From Dirinaria sp. TL-2023a (taxonomy: Eukaryota), in NCBI GenBank assembly GCA_051941275.1, contig JAVEBF010000063.1, positions 1-36,240 of the forward strand: 36,240 bases of DNA. The letters run 5' to 3'. The notes beneath the pieces are model-generated. The model was not told the origin of the DNA. It worked only from the letters and a program-made list of their open reading frames with translations, and made no database searches. The position numbers and the translations under genes were made by a program. This document shows positions 23,554-34,797 of this stretch, piece after piece. Numbering within the stretch: the first letter of the stretch is position 1; every line of letters begins with the position of its first letter.

Positions 23554-25281
23554 CTAATCGACGCCGGCGTATAAATCGACCACGATATTGATGGCGGCGA
23601 CGAGGATCTCGGCTGCGATGAGCACGATCACTGGGCGGTTCCACGTTAGCGTGTCCTTTTTTTTACTTCCAAAAAAAAAAAAAAAAAAAAAAAAACAGGT
23701 ATTAGACGGAAAAAGAGGATGGACGAGGGAGAACTCACCGATCCACTCCAGATACTCGCCGTGCTTCGTGCCGACCTGATCCTTCAACACGGCCAGCAGA
23801 TCCGCGATGACGTCCAGCCGCTCGGTCAGCAGCCCGACGCGCTGGTCCATTTCCAGGTAGCTGCGCACGGCGCCGTAGACGGGCTCGAGCTGCGGTTCCG
23901 CCCACATCAGTTCCGGGCTGTCGAGCACGGAGCCCTGCAGGTGGATGTTGATCCGCAGGATGAACAGTTGCCCGATCTGCATGATGATCTGGCGGCGCGT
24001 GAGGGCGATGGAGCCCGTGAGGGCCAGCTGGGCGGGGAGGGGATGCGTGAGCGCGATGGTGGTGGAGAGGAGGTCTTCGAACAGGGAGGTTTTGACGCTC
24101 TGGGACAGCGCGTGCGAGATGGCGAGTTTCGTCATGTAGTTCCTCTTCTCGCGCAGGCTGATGAAGTCGTTGTAGATGCGCGCTTGGTACTCGCGCGTGT
24201 AGTAGAAGTTGAAGTTCTCCACCTGCACGTCGTCCGGGGAGAGTTTTTCGGTCTCGAATTTGGAGATTTCGCTCAGGAAGCGCGTTTCTTCCGACGGCGT
24301 CATCCCCCAGATCACGACCGTGCCGTATTCGAACAGGAACACTTCCGGTGTGTGCACTTGTGTGTCGAAGTCCAGCGTGTCTGGACGAGGGGTGTGCGGG
24401 GAGTCGAGCGAGCTGAAGTTACGATCGGGCAGGGAGCTGTCGGCGCCGTTTTCGAGCATTGCCGCTGTGTCCCCCGCCTCGGTGCTCAGGTCGATCAGCT
24501 CTTCTCGTGTTTGCTGCCGATTGGCTTCGACTTCCACGGCGCTGTCTGAGAAGCGCCGCTCTCGGTTCGGGCGCAGTGTCTCCACGTCCTCTGGCACATC
24601 TAGAACGGCCGCGTCGACATCGCTGGCCATGGGCGACTTTTTGGACTGGCTGTAGCTGTATGGAGAGTATAGGCATTCATCGAACTGCTTCGGATTCGTT
24701 CCTCGTGTCTTCCTTGCGCGGCCTTTTAAGAATTTCATGAGCCCCTCCAGCCGGTAGGCGCTTGCAGTGCAGTAGGCCGTGACTCGAGGTAACTTGCCCC
24801 TATCCGCTTTTCCTAGCCTTGCAGCGTCTCGACGGGCTGTTGGATCTTTTATTCGCGTGAACTGGGAGTATACATCGCGGCCGCTCTCTTCGTCTGATCC
24901 TTCATCCCCCGGGTCCGGGTTCGGCAGGAGCTTCAGCTTCTGCGCATTCTTCGTCGTTCTTTGTGGGCCAATCTTCGAAGCTGTTTGCGAGAACGTCGGG
25001 GTGGAGAGGGGTGCGCCATGACTGTTTCTTCTGCGGAGCTTGCTGTTGAGCGTTGACAGCACTGGTGGAGTGGACGAGCCGTGCTGGAGCACTGGATTTC
25101 CATGTTGCAAGGGAGGAGCGGGCCGCAAGGGTGATGTCGTTGCTGTCGCGCTGTCTGAGTTATTGATTGTGGTTTGAGGATTGAATGCGACGGTTCTCTG
25201 GGGTCGAGCAGGAGGAGGATTGGTCAGGGTAGGTGTCGGTGGAGGGAGCAGCGGTGACGACTCGGTTGCGATGGATGCCAT
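23554..25281 (-). CDS. RMD1: RMD1/Sif2 (DUF155) family protein. Intron 23738-23631
   Basis: LPRVTAYCTA, EVFLFEYGTVVIWG, ARIYNDFI, KLAISHALSQSVK, SVLDSPE, RSYLEMDQRV and LEWIVIVLIAAEI after splicing. Confidence 0.92.
   Translation of the reverse strand: MASIATESSPLLPPPTPTLTNPPPARPQRTVAFNPQTTINNSDSATATTSPLRPAPPLQHGNPVLQHGSSTPPVLSTLNSKLRRRNSHGAPLSTPTFSQTASKIGPQRTTKNAQKLKLLPNPDPGDEGSDEESGRDVYSQFTRIKDPTARRDAARLGKADRGKLPRVTAYCTASAYRLEGLMKFLKGRARKTRGTNPKQFDECLYSPYSYSQSKKSPMASDVDAAVLDVPEDVETLRPNRERRFSDSAVEVEANRQQTREELIDLSTEAGDTAAMLENGADSSLPDRNFSSLDSPHTPRPDTLDFDTQVHTPEVFLFEYGTVVIWGMTPSEETRFLSEISKFETEKLSPDDVQVENFNFYYTREYQARIYNDFISLREKRNYMTKLAISHALSQSVKTSLFEDLLSTTIALTHPLPAQLALTGSIALTRRQIIMQIGQLFILRINIHLQGSVLDSPELMWAEPQLEPVYGAVRSYLEMDQRVGLLTERLDVIADLLAVLKDQVGTKHGEYLEWIGEFSLVHPLFPSNTCFFFFFFFFGSKKKDTLTWNRPVIVLIAAEILVAAINIVVDLYAGVD
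23671..23695 (+). repeat. Poly(A)25 tract (poly-T in the RMD1 intron)
   Basis: 25 consecutive A bases. Confidence 0.95.
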
Positions 25282-25761
25282 TGCGGGACAGTTCGGGTGA
25301 GGCTCAAGACAATATCCAGTTCGAATGGATGAGTAATTATGGGCGTTCTGGGTTCTGCCCGTTCCGAGTACGGGAGCCGAACATTATACACCCTGTGTAG
25401 AAATTATTATTGTTACTCTGGTCTTTAAGATTTGAAGTGATATGCATGTTCAACGGTGTTGGGTTGCTTTAGCTTACCAGCAGCGTGGCTTTGGGCGTGG
25501 ACTGGCTACCTTAGGGCTGGGAGAGTTTGGGCACCTCGAAGCCACCGAATCCGGCGGGGTCAACCCTAAGTTGCATTAACACAACTCCATTGTTGGATTG
25601 ACTTGTGTCATCCTTCTTTTATTCTAAGGTAGCACATCTGTCTAGGGTTGCCTACTCACCACACAGCGCTGACAGCAGCTTGAAACTTTGTGAACTGCTG
25701 TTTGAAAGTTGGGAATGGGTATGCTCCATCTCCGAAGGAGTTATTATACCATGGTACTTAA

Positions 25762-27199
25762 TTAACAATGTTGCTGCTTTGTCCGAATAAATCCTCCACC
25801 CATCTTCCGGCGTTCAACACCTCCCTTGGGCCCGCGGTGGCCCAGCAGCCAGGACTCTCTCAATACCTTGCTTTCCGTGGAAGATTTCGGTGGTAAATTG
25901 CTTGAGATAGCTGGGAGTACCCGAATCTTATATGCGCCCTTTTGAATATCTTTGGGCGGTTTCGGAGGAATATTTGACAGTTTTCGCTTCTTGGCGACGT
26001 CCGACTTGACTACCGGTAGAGGTGGATGAGCGAGAGGTCTGGCTACTGGCTCCGCGTTAAGCAACTCTTCTGGTAGGAGACGCGGCAGGGGTTCTCTCCT
26101 AAGCCCGCTCGAGCTGGATCCGCGTGAGAGTGGATTCTGCATGTTCCCAAGCAGGGTCTCAGGCGATATCGGGCTTTCAGAATGCGATGGAATTTTCACG
26201 AGGCTGGATCGCGATTTCTTAGCCGCCTTGACCTGGTTCTTGAGACGTGTGTCGAGTTCCTTCCTTTTGCGCTTCTCTTTGGCTTTCTGCCTGTATTACA
26301 ATTAGCAATTAAACTCAGTCTAGATGTAAACCTGGGCATTCATGCCTTTCCACAACCTGAGCTGCTTCATTTGTGGCCCGCCGTGCCTCATCATGTCCGC
26401 GCAACGTTGTGACCGTCTCCGGCGCCTCATCATCGCTCGCAGTTTCGTCATTCACTGCCAGCAACGTGGTCTGAGCCATTTCATCCTTGGGACTGTCCTT
26501 TGTGGACGTCGTTGACAGTAGCAAAGCCTCTTCTTCGGAAAACTTCTTATGTGCAGCCTTGGGTGTCTGATCCACGTCTCTTGTGCTTTTATCTGCAGGC
26601 TGTCGAGTAGATTCAGATAAAGCGGTAGCATCTCGTTGCTCTTGCCGCTCTGCTGCTATGTCTAATACGCTATGCGGTGCATCTGGCTCCAAGGATTGGG
26701 CTGCATGCGTGCTATCACCAGCGTTGACAAGATTGGCTGGGAGTCCTCTCTCAGTAACGATGCGGACTTCGATGCCATCGTTCGGACGTTCAGTGCCATT
26801 TGCGTGGGGCAAAACAGGAGGATCTGCTTGATGGCGAGATTCAGACTTCTCTTGATGAACAGCCTTCTTGCTTGCGGAAATGCCCGAACGCTCTTTTGCT
26901 CCGCTCGTACGCCTCTTTTTAACCTGATCTCGTTGATTGGCAATACCTGCTTCCTGCGCGTCCCTTCTCTTCTGACTTTTGACCGATGGGATTGCACTAT
27001 CAAACTCTGTGATTTGATCTACATCGTCTGGCTTCTCCGGCGTATGGTCCTGGCTCCTGGTAGCAACCATTCCTTGCCTGGCGGCTGCCGCGAGCTCTGA
27101 CTGTATTTGTTCTTCTGGGTCTGCGCCAACCGCTGTACGACTAGCGCAACAAGCTGGGAAGAGGTGGCGGAAAATAGTGTTAGCGAAACGAAAGAGCAT
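25762..27199 (-). CDS. Probable U3 snoRNA-associated (Bud21/Utp16-like) nucleolar protein. GC-AG intron 26345-26291
   Basis: Charged low-complexity protein with HKKFSEEE, SDDEAPETVT, a basic coiled coil, RLLPEELL, and a C-terminal ..LRESWL.G..R...GGGF. The two ORFs are joined in frame by a 55-nt intron. Confidence 0.6.
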
Positions 27200-27467
27200 C
27201 GAATTCAAGGCTGTGGTGGCCAGAAGCAATATTAGGATGCCAAACGAATTTTCGTGGGGTTTACGCCAAGAAATTGGCCCGATTAGGCAACGGTGCCGAT
27301 GGTAAACCATTCCTCTCGATCCATCCTTCTTGACTTCTTTAGCACTCCGCTGCACTCTAGCCAGTTCGACGCTACTCATCTTGATAGATATCAAGAATTG
27401 CTCATCATATGAGAACTCTCGAGCTGTCTAAGATATAATGTCTGAGACCTTGTACTGAGATGTAATT

Positions 27468-28882
27468 ATGAGGGTTATTCTTCGTCCAAGACCAGTTTGC
27501 CAAGGTACTGGCACTTCAATTCCAAAATGGCATCATCAGTCGGCACGACGGTCCTTTACTAGCAAATTTCACAGCTCTTTGTATCTGAGCTCTCCGATCG
27601 ATAAGACTAGTTCGTGGCAAAGACTTAAAAGCACAAGTGCGATCCAGCGCATGAGAGTCAAAAAGGTCGCAAGCAAGGCTAATGATGATTTTTGGCCGTT
27701 GCGGATTCTGCTTGATGCTCATAAGCTTGGTCTTCTCAAGATAACTGTCGACGTAGCTGTGGGAGTCATGCGTGATTTCAATGGATCTCAGTTCCTGTCT
27801 GCAGAAAATATTTGCAAAAGTATAAAGAAATCCCTTTCCTCTGGATTCCGAGCGCTTATTGTTTTATGGTAGAGCACGATATTCGGCCAAACGATATCAC
27901 CCTTCTAGCTCGTGTACTACTTCGTACCGAGCGTACAAGTATGGCGCGAGACATGTTTATGGCTGCTGCCAGGCTTCGTGACGAGGAAGCAACTTTGTTT
28001 GTGGTTCAAGAAGCTATTCGGAGAGATAGCCTCCATGCTCCCGGAGTTGACGCAATCTACAAGGGACATTTCATGCAATTGATGGAAATAGAAAATCCGA
28101 GAGCTCTTCTCCTACAAGGCCAACTATATGAACGCCGTCGCAATCATCGCCAAGCAATCCACCTCTATGAGAAACTACTTGCGAGCGATCTTGAGAAAAG
28201 AGCAGAGACAGACAATAAGGTCGAATTTGGTGATGCTTGGGTAGCGTTGGGTAAATTGAGGCTTCGGGTCAAGAACGATCTTGAAGGAGCAGAGAGGGCT
28301 ATCAGTAAAGCAGCGCTCGAATATGACAACCCTACGGCATTTTCCGAGCTCGCTAAGGCTTTCACTCCGCCGTCATCCGCAGAGTATGAGAGTTACATGC
28401 TGAAAGCTGCAGCTTCCGGTGATGCCGAAGCTGCTCATGAGCTGGGGAAACTCTACTTCGACCAGGCGCAGGGTAAAATCCCATCTAACGACCTGGGTAG
28501 CACGAAAGCATCAACAAAAGCGACGTCAGGCGCGAACGGAGACGAAACCTTTGAAAAAGTCGGCCGGCTGGCTCTGAGTGCGAGTACAGCGTTGGAGAAG
28601 CGAAATCTCGCCCGGCAATGGTTCACTATCAGCGCAGAATCCAACATAACTGGCAGCCAGGTTTATCTCGCTGTTCTTCTTCACAGTCTTGGCAAATTCA
28701 CCGAGGGCTGGGAATGGCTTAAAGCAGCCTCAGATTCAAAGGATTACAAAGACTGGAAAAAAGCAGTCACTTTCCTTAGCGAAAAGTGGACCATTGACCA
28801 CTTTAGTTTTGCAGGCATGGATATTGAGGGACTTCGAAAAGGTCTTGTTGCTGACCGTACGGAAACTGAGCGTGTAGTTTAA
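27468..28882 (+). CDS. Sel1/TPR-like repeat protein with probable mitochondrial presequence (Mss2-like). Intron 27820-27872
   Basis: Arg/Ser-rich, acid-poor N-terminus. Helical repeats AWVALGKL, KAAASGDAEAAHELG and ARQWFTISAE. The intron joins the two ORFs in frame. Confidence 0.65.
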
Positions 28883-28948
28883 GCGAATCAGAGCAACGTC
28901 GCGCTCTCCTGTGAGTCTTCTAAACAGTTCATATTTTGTATGGACTTT

Positions 28949-30665
28949 TTAGCCTCGTCGTTTACTGGACGGAAGCTTATCTCGTCTTTTCACTTTCACA
29001 GGCAAGCCTTTGGCCATCGGGAGCGTCAGGCTGTTTTGGCTAAGTCTCTCCTTCAATATGGTATGGCCGCCGAGCTTCTCATCGTGGATTTCAACGAACT
29101 CGTAATCCCATGTCAAGGCGGCAATGACATATACTGCGAGCAGCTCTGCCAGCTTCTTACCAATGCATGCCCTAGCGCCGCCGTTGAAAGCCGGAAACTC
29201 GGAGGCAGACTTGGTAATAGGCTGCTCTGAGCTGGTATTGAGCCATCTTTCGGGGCGAAAATCGTTGGCATCTGGGCCCCATATATGCTGGGATCGCCCC
29301 ATTGCCCAAGGTACCCATATAACGACAGCGCCTTTGGGCAAGGACGTTCCGTCTGGGAAGACTGTTTCCATCGTGCACTCCTTAAGCTCGACAGGAACGG
29401 GTGGGTACAGGCGTACAGACTCGTTGAACGTCGCTGTGATGTATGGCAGTGATCCCGGCTGTACGGCGGAATAGGAAAGCGTAGGGCCGCAACCCTCCAC
29501 AAACCTCTGCTGAAGTTCCGACAATATTTTCTGAACGGTTTGGGGGTTCCGCAGGAGAAGGTATAACGTCCAAGTCAGCGCTTGAGCTGTTGTATCCCTG
29601 CCTGCGGAGAGGTAATTCATAGCAGCATCGGCAACAACTTCGTGATCTTCCAAATGGTCCAACAAAGAGTCAATAAGGATACACTTCGCCGAGCCCTGTC
29701 CTTCATTCGTCGGCTTTTCTAAAAGGGGGTCCCTCGCCTTGCGTCGCCTTACAGCGCCTGAGACTATCCCTCTGCCAAATTGCTTCACTTCCATCACTGC
29801 TTTCCGAAGGCGCTTGCCAAACAGCAGCTCCTTAAGCTTCCAAAATGGGTTTTGAAAGCGTTCTCCAATAGCTCCGGAAGCGAAACCAAAAGCCTGGGAG
29901 AATGGCAATGAATCTGGAATATCCATCTGTGAAACGGGCGTCAGCCTTCAACGCAGTGTATACCTAGTGTATGGGCTCACATCGTAAGCCACATTACCCA
30001 TTAAACGTGTTGTCAAACTGAGGAATGTCTCCTGCATGTCTATGGTTCTATTGCTTAGCGAAGCCGAATCCAGAATCTCCATGGTATCCTCAAGTAATGA
30101 TGGCAGAACATCATCAATGAAGGACTTCAACTGAGAATTACTAAAAAAGCGGAGTCCGGCTTTTCTTTGGATTCTCCAAAGATCGCCATCGGCATTAATG
30201 ATGCCATTACCTACGATCTCGGGGTCATTCCTATTCCAATTTGGGTCGCTGTCTGTGGTGTGCACCTACCGAAGAGATCCCAGGATCGGAGTTTGAAGAA
30301 ATCTCCTTTGATGAAAACATCAGTGTTCTTGAAAACATGCTCCACATTCTGGGGATCGTTGATCACAATGCCCGGAGGCAGAGAGGGCACAGAAATCTCA
30401 AAGGTGCTGAGTCCGACTTTGTGCTCACATTCGGTGAACCAATCGAGGAGCTTGTGCCTTGGCTGTAAGAACCATATGCCGTTACCGGCTAATGGGAGTG
30501 TTCCTGGTGGACGTCTGCAACGGATTTAGCGAGGATAAGCTTGAGGAGCGCACACAAGCCTGAAGCTCACGGTAGTCTCTTGCCATGACGTCGGATACTA
30601 GAGCTCTGGCCTTGGAGAAACCACGCAGCTATGAGCAAAACTAGACCTAGGACAAGCAGGTACAT
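28949..30665 (-). CDS. Cytochrome P450 resembling fatty-acid omega-hydroxylase-type enzymes (CYP52 clan / plant CYP86-94-like motifs). Exons 30665-30571, 30514-30270, 30210-29981, 29926-28949
   Basis: N-terminal TM anchor and PPG.LP, DLFGNGIINADGDLWRIQRK, I-helix AGRDTTA, ESVRLYPPVP, FRPERW, and heme motif FNGGARACIG. Confidence 0.95.
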
Positions 30666-31437
30666 GGCCTATGTCAAAGAGAAAACTGTATATATTCTAC
30701 ACAAGATTGAGAAAAAGAGAAAGCCATAGGTATACAAAATGAGCCCATAAACCATGACCTATGGTTGACCGAAGGATGATGAGAGCGTTCGATAGTTGAT
30801 CTCATCCAAATTCTGGGTACGTATCATTGAATCTCAGTGGTTCACACATGTAGGGTCCAGGTAGGGTCAGCAGAGTGTGCACCCACGAGATGACAACTCT
30901 TCACTACTTTACTCTGTATTGGCTTGGAAGTTGTTTATTTTATGCACTATGCCTGATTTTTCACTGGATACATAGCCTGAACGGAGTTGTACACCATGAA
31001 ACCGACAAGGACTCGAACCCATATTGTCAACGGCTCCGCCGCACAGTCAGTTTCGGAGGATATACGTAAGCCGGCGGTTTGATGGGGGGGCCAGATACCT
31101 TGCTCTACCACTCCAGCATCATGCGGGATGACGACTCTTCATCCATACCTACCTTAATGTACCTTACCTGTTGAATGCACCTAAGCACAAGATCGCTGTC
31201 TTAATCTCATCGATATCGTCTACTTCACTCAACCAATCATCCTTGCCCCCGTAGTGGTACCTGCCGATGCCTTGCCCTTGGCTCTTGTCGACTATGTTAT
31301 CATCATTATTTGCGACTCGCTAATTAGCCGTAATCCTGCTGCAACCTTTTCCTTCATTATGGTCCACTTTCTAGACTTGATATTGTTACAGTCGTTACAG
31401 ATGCGAGATCACCTGCTTTGAGATACTCTGAAAGGAC

Positions 31438-32803
31438 ATGTCTCCTTCTGCACTACCGAATGGTACTGCCAACGGCCATCTTACCAGCGACCTTAACCTG
31501 TCCATACTTGGGTTGGGCGTTGAATATCCACCGTACCGTGTCGGGCCCGACGCCCTCCAAACAATCGCCGAGCGTTATTATCCAGAGTCTCCAGCGTATG
31601 TGGAACCTTCCAGTACGACCTCATTTTCCTTTACCTCCAGCCTTCTTACTTATCGCTTGCCTTGATTGTCCTTGCTGAAAAGGCCTGTAGTCTGAGCAAA
31701 GTCCTTTCCATCAACCGCTATACAGGCATCGAGACCCGTGCCGCCATTGGCGAAGTCGACCATCCAATCGTTAATCAGCCGAAGGCACCCAGTATCACTG
31801 AGCTCAACAAGTGCTTTCGCGAAGAAGGCGTGCGACTTTCCGTCAATGCATGCAAGCAAGCCATCGCAGAATGGGGAGGACAGGTAGATGACATCACGCA
31901 CGTAGTATCAACTACCTGCACCAATTCTGCCAATCCCGGCTATGATCATTATGTGACGAAGCAGTTAGGGGTCAAGAGCAGCGCTGAGAAAGTTCTCTTG
32001 CACGGTATCGGGTGCTCCGGTGGTCTGGCTGCATTAAGGACTGCCGCGAACATGGCCTTGGGCTCATCTTTCCGCAGAAAGCCTGCGCGGATCCTGGTTT
32101 TGGCTTGCGAGATTTCAACAGTGTTGATACGGTCAGAGTTGGACTCAATAGATAAAGACCAAACAGTACGGATTGGAGCGTGTCTTTTCAGCGATTGCGC
32201 TTCAGCCGCGGTCTTGAGTAACGGTGTTGCTCTCCCAGATGAGCTCGCAGACCCGGTCTACGAAGTCCTGGGCTGGAAGCATGAAATCTTGGCAGATACA
32301 GAGACCGATTTGGGCTTTGACATTGACCCTTTAGGTACAAGCGCGTTCTATCATCTGGACGAAGCAGAACCAGACTAATTATGATTCCAGGGTGGAAAGT
32401 TGTACTGACTCCTCGAGTACCTGGACTAGCTACTGCCGCAGTAGCACCGGCCTTCAAAGATCTAGTCGAGTCACTGCCTGAACTCACTGAAGGCCAAGAA
32501 ACCCCGAATGCTCTTGATTTCGACTGGGCACTGCATCCTGGTGGCTCGACCATCATTACTGGAATTGAAAAAGCTATGGGCCTAAGCCCCGAACATCTGC
32601 GTGCGACTTACGAAATATACATGAATTACGGCAACAGCTCTTCCGCGACCATAATGAGTGTCATGAACAAACTCCGCGAGATGGGCGACGGCAAAGAAAA
32701 CGTGATAGCGTGTGCCTTTGGACCGGGCATATCGTTAGAAATGATGGTGTTAAAGAGGCGGAATAAGCTCTTGAACGGCCTTCCGCAAGAGGATGTGGAT
32801 TGA
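31438..32803 (+). CDS. Type III polyketide synthase (chalcone synthase superfamily, similar to Neurospora ORAS / Aspergillus CsyA type). Exons 31438-31595, 31691-32334, 32391-32803
   Basis: Catalytic triad Cys (GIGCSGG), His (WALHPGG) and Asn (YGNSSSAT). Also LFSDCASA, AFGPG and YTGIETR. Confidence 0.96.
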
Positions 32804-33136
32804 AGATTTGTCTGCATATTCTGCGATGGACATTGTCGCATATCTGGCGTTATAAATCCCCCCAATCCCCCCCTCCGGCCCGGCTCCGGCCTAAGGTACG
32901 TTTTAAGATCCCGCCCAAGGGTACGACCAATATGGCCCTACTTAGATATCATTCGATTTAGCAACTGGCAAACTTGCGAGCATAATAGAGAGCTTTTCGA
33001 CATATACCCCTCAGCGGTATTAGCTCTGGTATTTTTTCCATTTGCTCAAGCAGACGGCTTCTTATGTACAATTTCTTCTAGAATCAAGTATCTACACCCA
33101 ACACATGTTGGATCACATAGGGACAGCCAATATACC

Positions 33137-34211
33137 TCAGTCATCTTTCACCCCTACGAAATATATCAGCTGCCCCGTAGGCCACGTATGCATGCTTCGT
33201 CCACGCTCGAACCTCCAACCACGCATCTCCTTCTCCATCCTGCCCTTTCTCATCAACGCCATAATCTCATCCCCACTTCTCGTGCGCACGGCGCTCACCA
33301 AACCATCCAAAACCACTACGAGCGGTACTATGGGAATCACATACGTCCAGAATAAATGCATCCAGTCGCCCCAGAACCAGTACCAGCTACCGATCCATAA
33401 GCTCGGGCCAAGCGCCAGCATCGTAATCAGCGCCTCGAATGTCCGCTCCTGCAGCTCGACGATACAGAAACCGGACGAGGTGGCGAGCGTGTTGCGCAGA
33501 ATCTGGATCGCGGCGTCGTTATCGAAGTGATGGAAGGCGAGCGAGAAGAGGCGGAATATCTTTTTCCGCTGCTCGTCCGACGACAGCCCATCGACTTTCG
33601 CGAGGAGGTTCAGAGGTGCATCGCCTGCGTCGACGCTTTCCCGCACGAATTTCACGTGGTCGCTTCGTTTCGCCGCGCGTTCCCAGGCTTCTAAGTGCGG
33701 ATGAATGTCTGTGAGAACGAAGTCAACGGCTTCTTCTTCGATGTCTCTTTCTTCTTTGCCGGCGCCATTCAGTTGCACCAGTTCGATGTCATTGCCAGTG
33801 GTAGTGAGTTTATTATTCCTGCTCTCCCCCAAAACGGCATTTTCTCCTCTCCCCTTCGTCTTGAGATTGATCTCATGTTCGAGGATGGTGGTTGGCCCGC
33901 CGGCGCCGGAGCAGAAATCAACGAACGTGTAGGATGTGAGGGAAGAGCCGAGCAGGGAGCGGAGAGTGCATGCGAAACTCGATGCCGCGGACTGGGACTG
34001 CAGTAAGGGAACTTTGATCTTCCATAGAATGGTCAGGGAGGCTTGGACTTTTTCCCGGAGGATGGCTGGGAACCTGGAGGTTTCCCTTTTTTTTTAGTTC
34101 TTTTGGATCTTGGACGTGGTGGAGGAGGGTCTGAGAGAGGGAAGAGGATTACCAGGATTGGTCGGCGATCTCATAGAAATGGAAGCGAGGAAATGGAAGG
34201 GGAAAGCGCAT
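33137..34211 (-). CDS. Class I SAM-dependent methyltransferase-like protein. Exons 34211-34153, 34073-33137
   Basis: Reconstructed MRFPLPFPRFHFYEIADQSW|FPAILREKVQ. Motif I FVDFCSGAGGP, motif II VLTDIHP, SVDA and FSLAFHHF, plus a hydrophobic C-terminal hairpin. The ORF track captures only the last 231 aa. Confidence 0.8.
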
Positions 34212-34797
34212 GGTTAGGAGAGTTGGAAGGGAGGTGGTCTGGGAGGCGGAGGATCTGGGAGGAGATGATGTCTTGCTACCGTGGTCATCGCATAGTTGAA
34301 GGCATCACTCGCCACGCTTTCACCGGAGAGACGAGAGGAAGATGCATATCCTTTTTGTTATTTGTTAAGGTGTACGCCTATTCCAAGGACACTCAGAAGC
34401 CTTTGAGGATCTACCCAGACTCGCCAGAGCGCATCTTTATTGCATCTACTGTACGAGTAGCTGTCAGACCGGATCAACCTCGGCCCGACCGTTACGCTTC
34501 AGAAGCAATCGATGTCTTACAATCCTACTATACCGAGCTACCTTACTTTCTTTGCTTTACATTGCAGGAAAAATCGAAAGCAGTCACTACATACTACGAA
34601 GAAGACCAAATACACAGTCAAGTCTCATTATACTCCGTACCGGGGGAAAGTGATTTTCCAAAAGCCAGAAATGTTTTCAAAAAGACCAAATATTTACGGC
34701 TTCCAATACTTGAAGTTATACCAATACTGATCCTAGGGCGCAATGAATTCTGCGGACAACCACACCTGTCTTCAGCGGCGAAGTCTTAGATATCACT

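Noticed and set aside
23719..24549. 276-aa ORF and other long antisense ORFs (e.g. 299-829, 1133-1777, 19739-20395)
   Set aside because: These are shadow ORFs opposite GC3-rich real genes.
25561..25569. CAACCCTAA / TTAGGG matches (also 13128, 25511) as a telomerase RNA template or telomeric repeat
   Set aside because: Single isolated copies, with no tandem array and no recognisable pseudoknot or CR4/5 context.
34043..34789. 248-aa plus-strand ORF
   Set aside because: It starts at TTG, lies antisense to the methyltransferase first exon, intron and promoter, and has no recognisable motifs.
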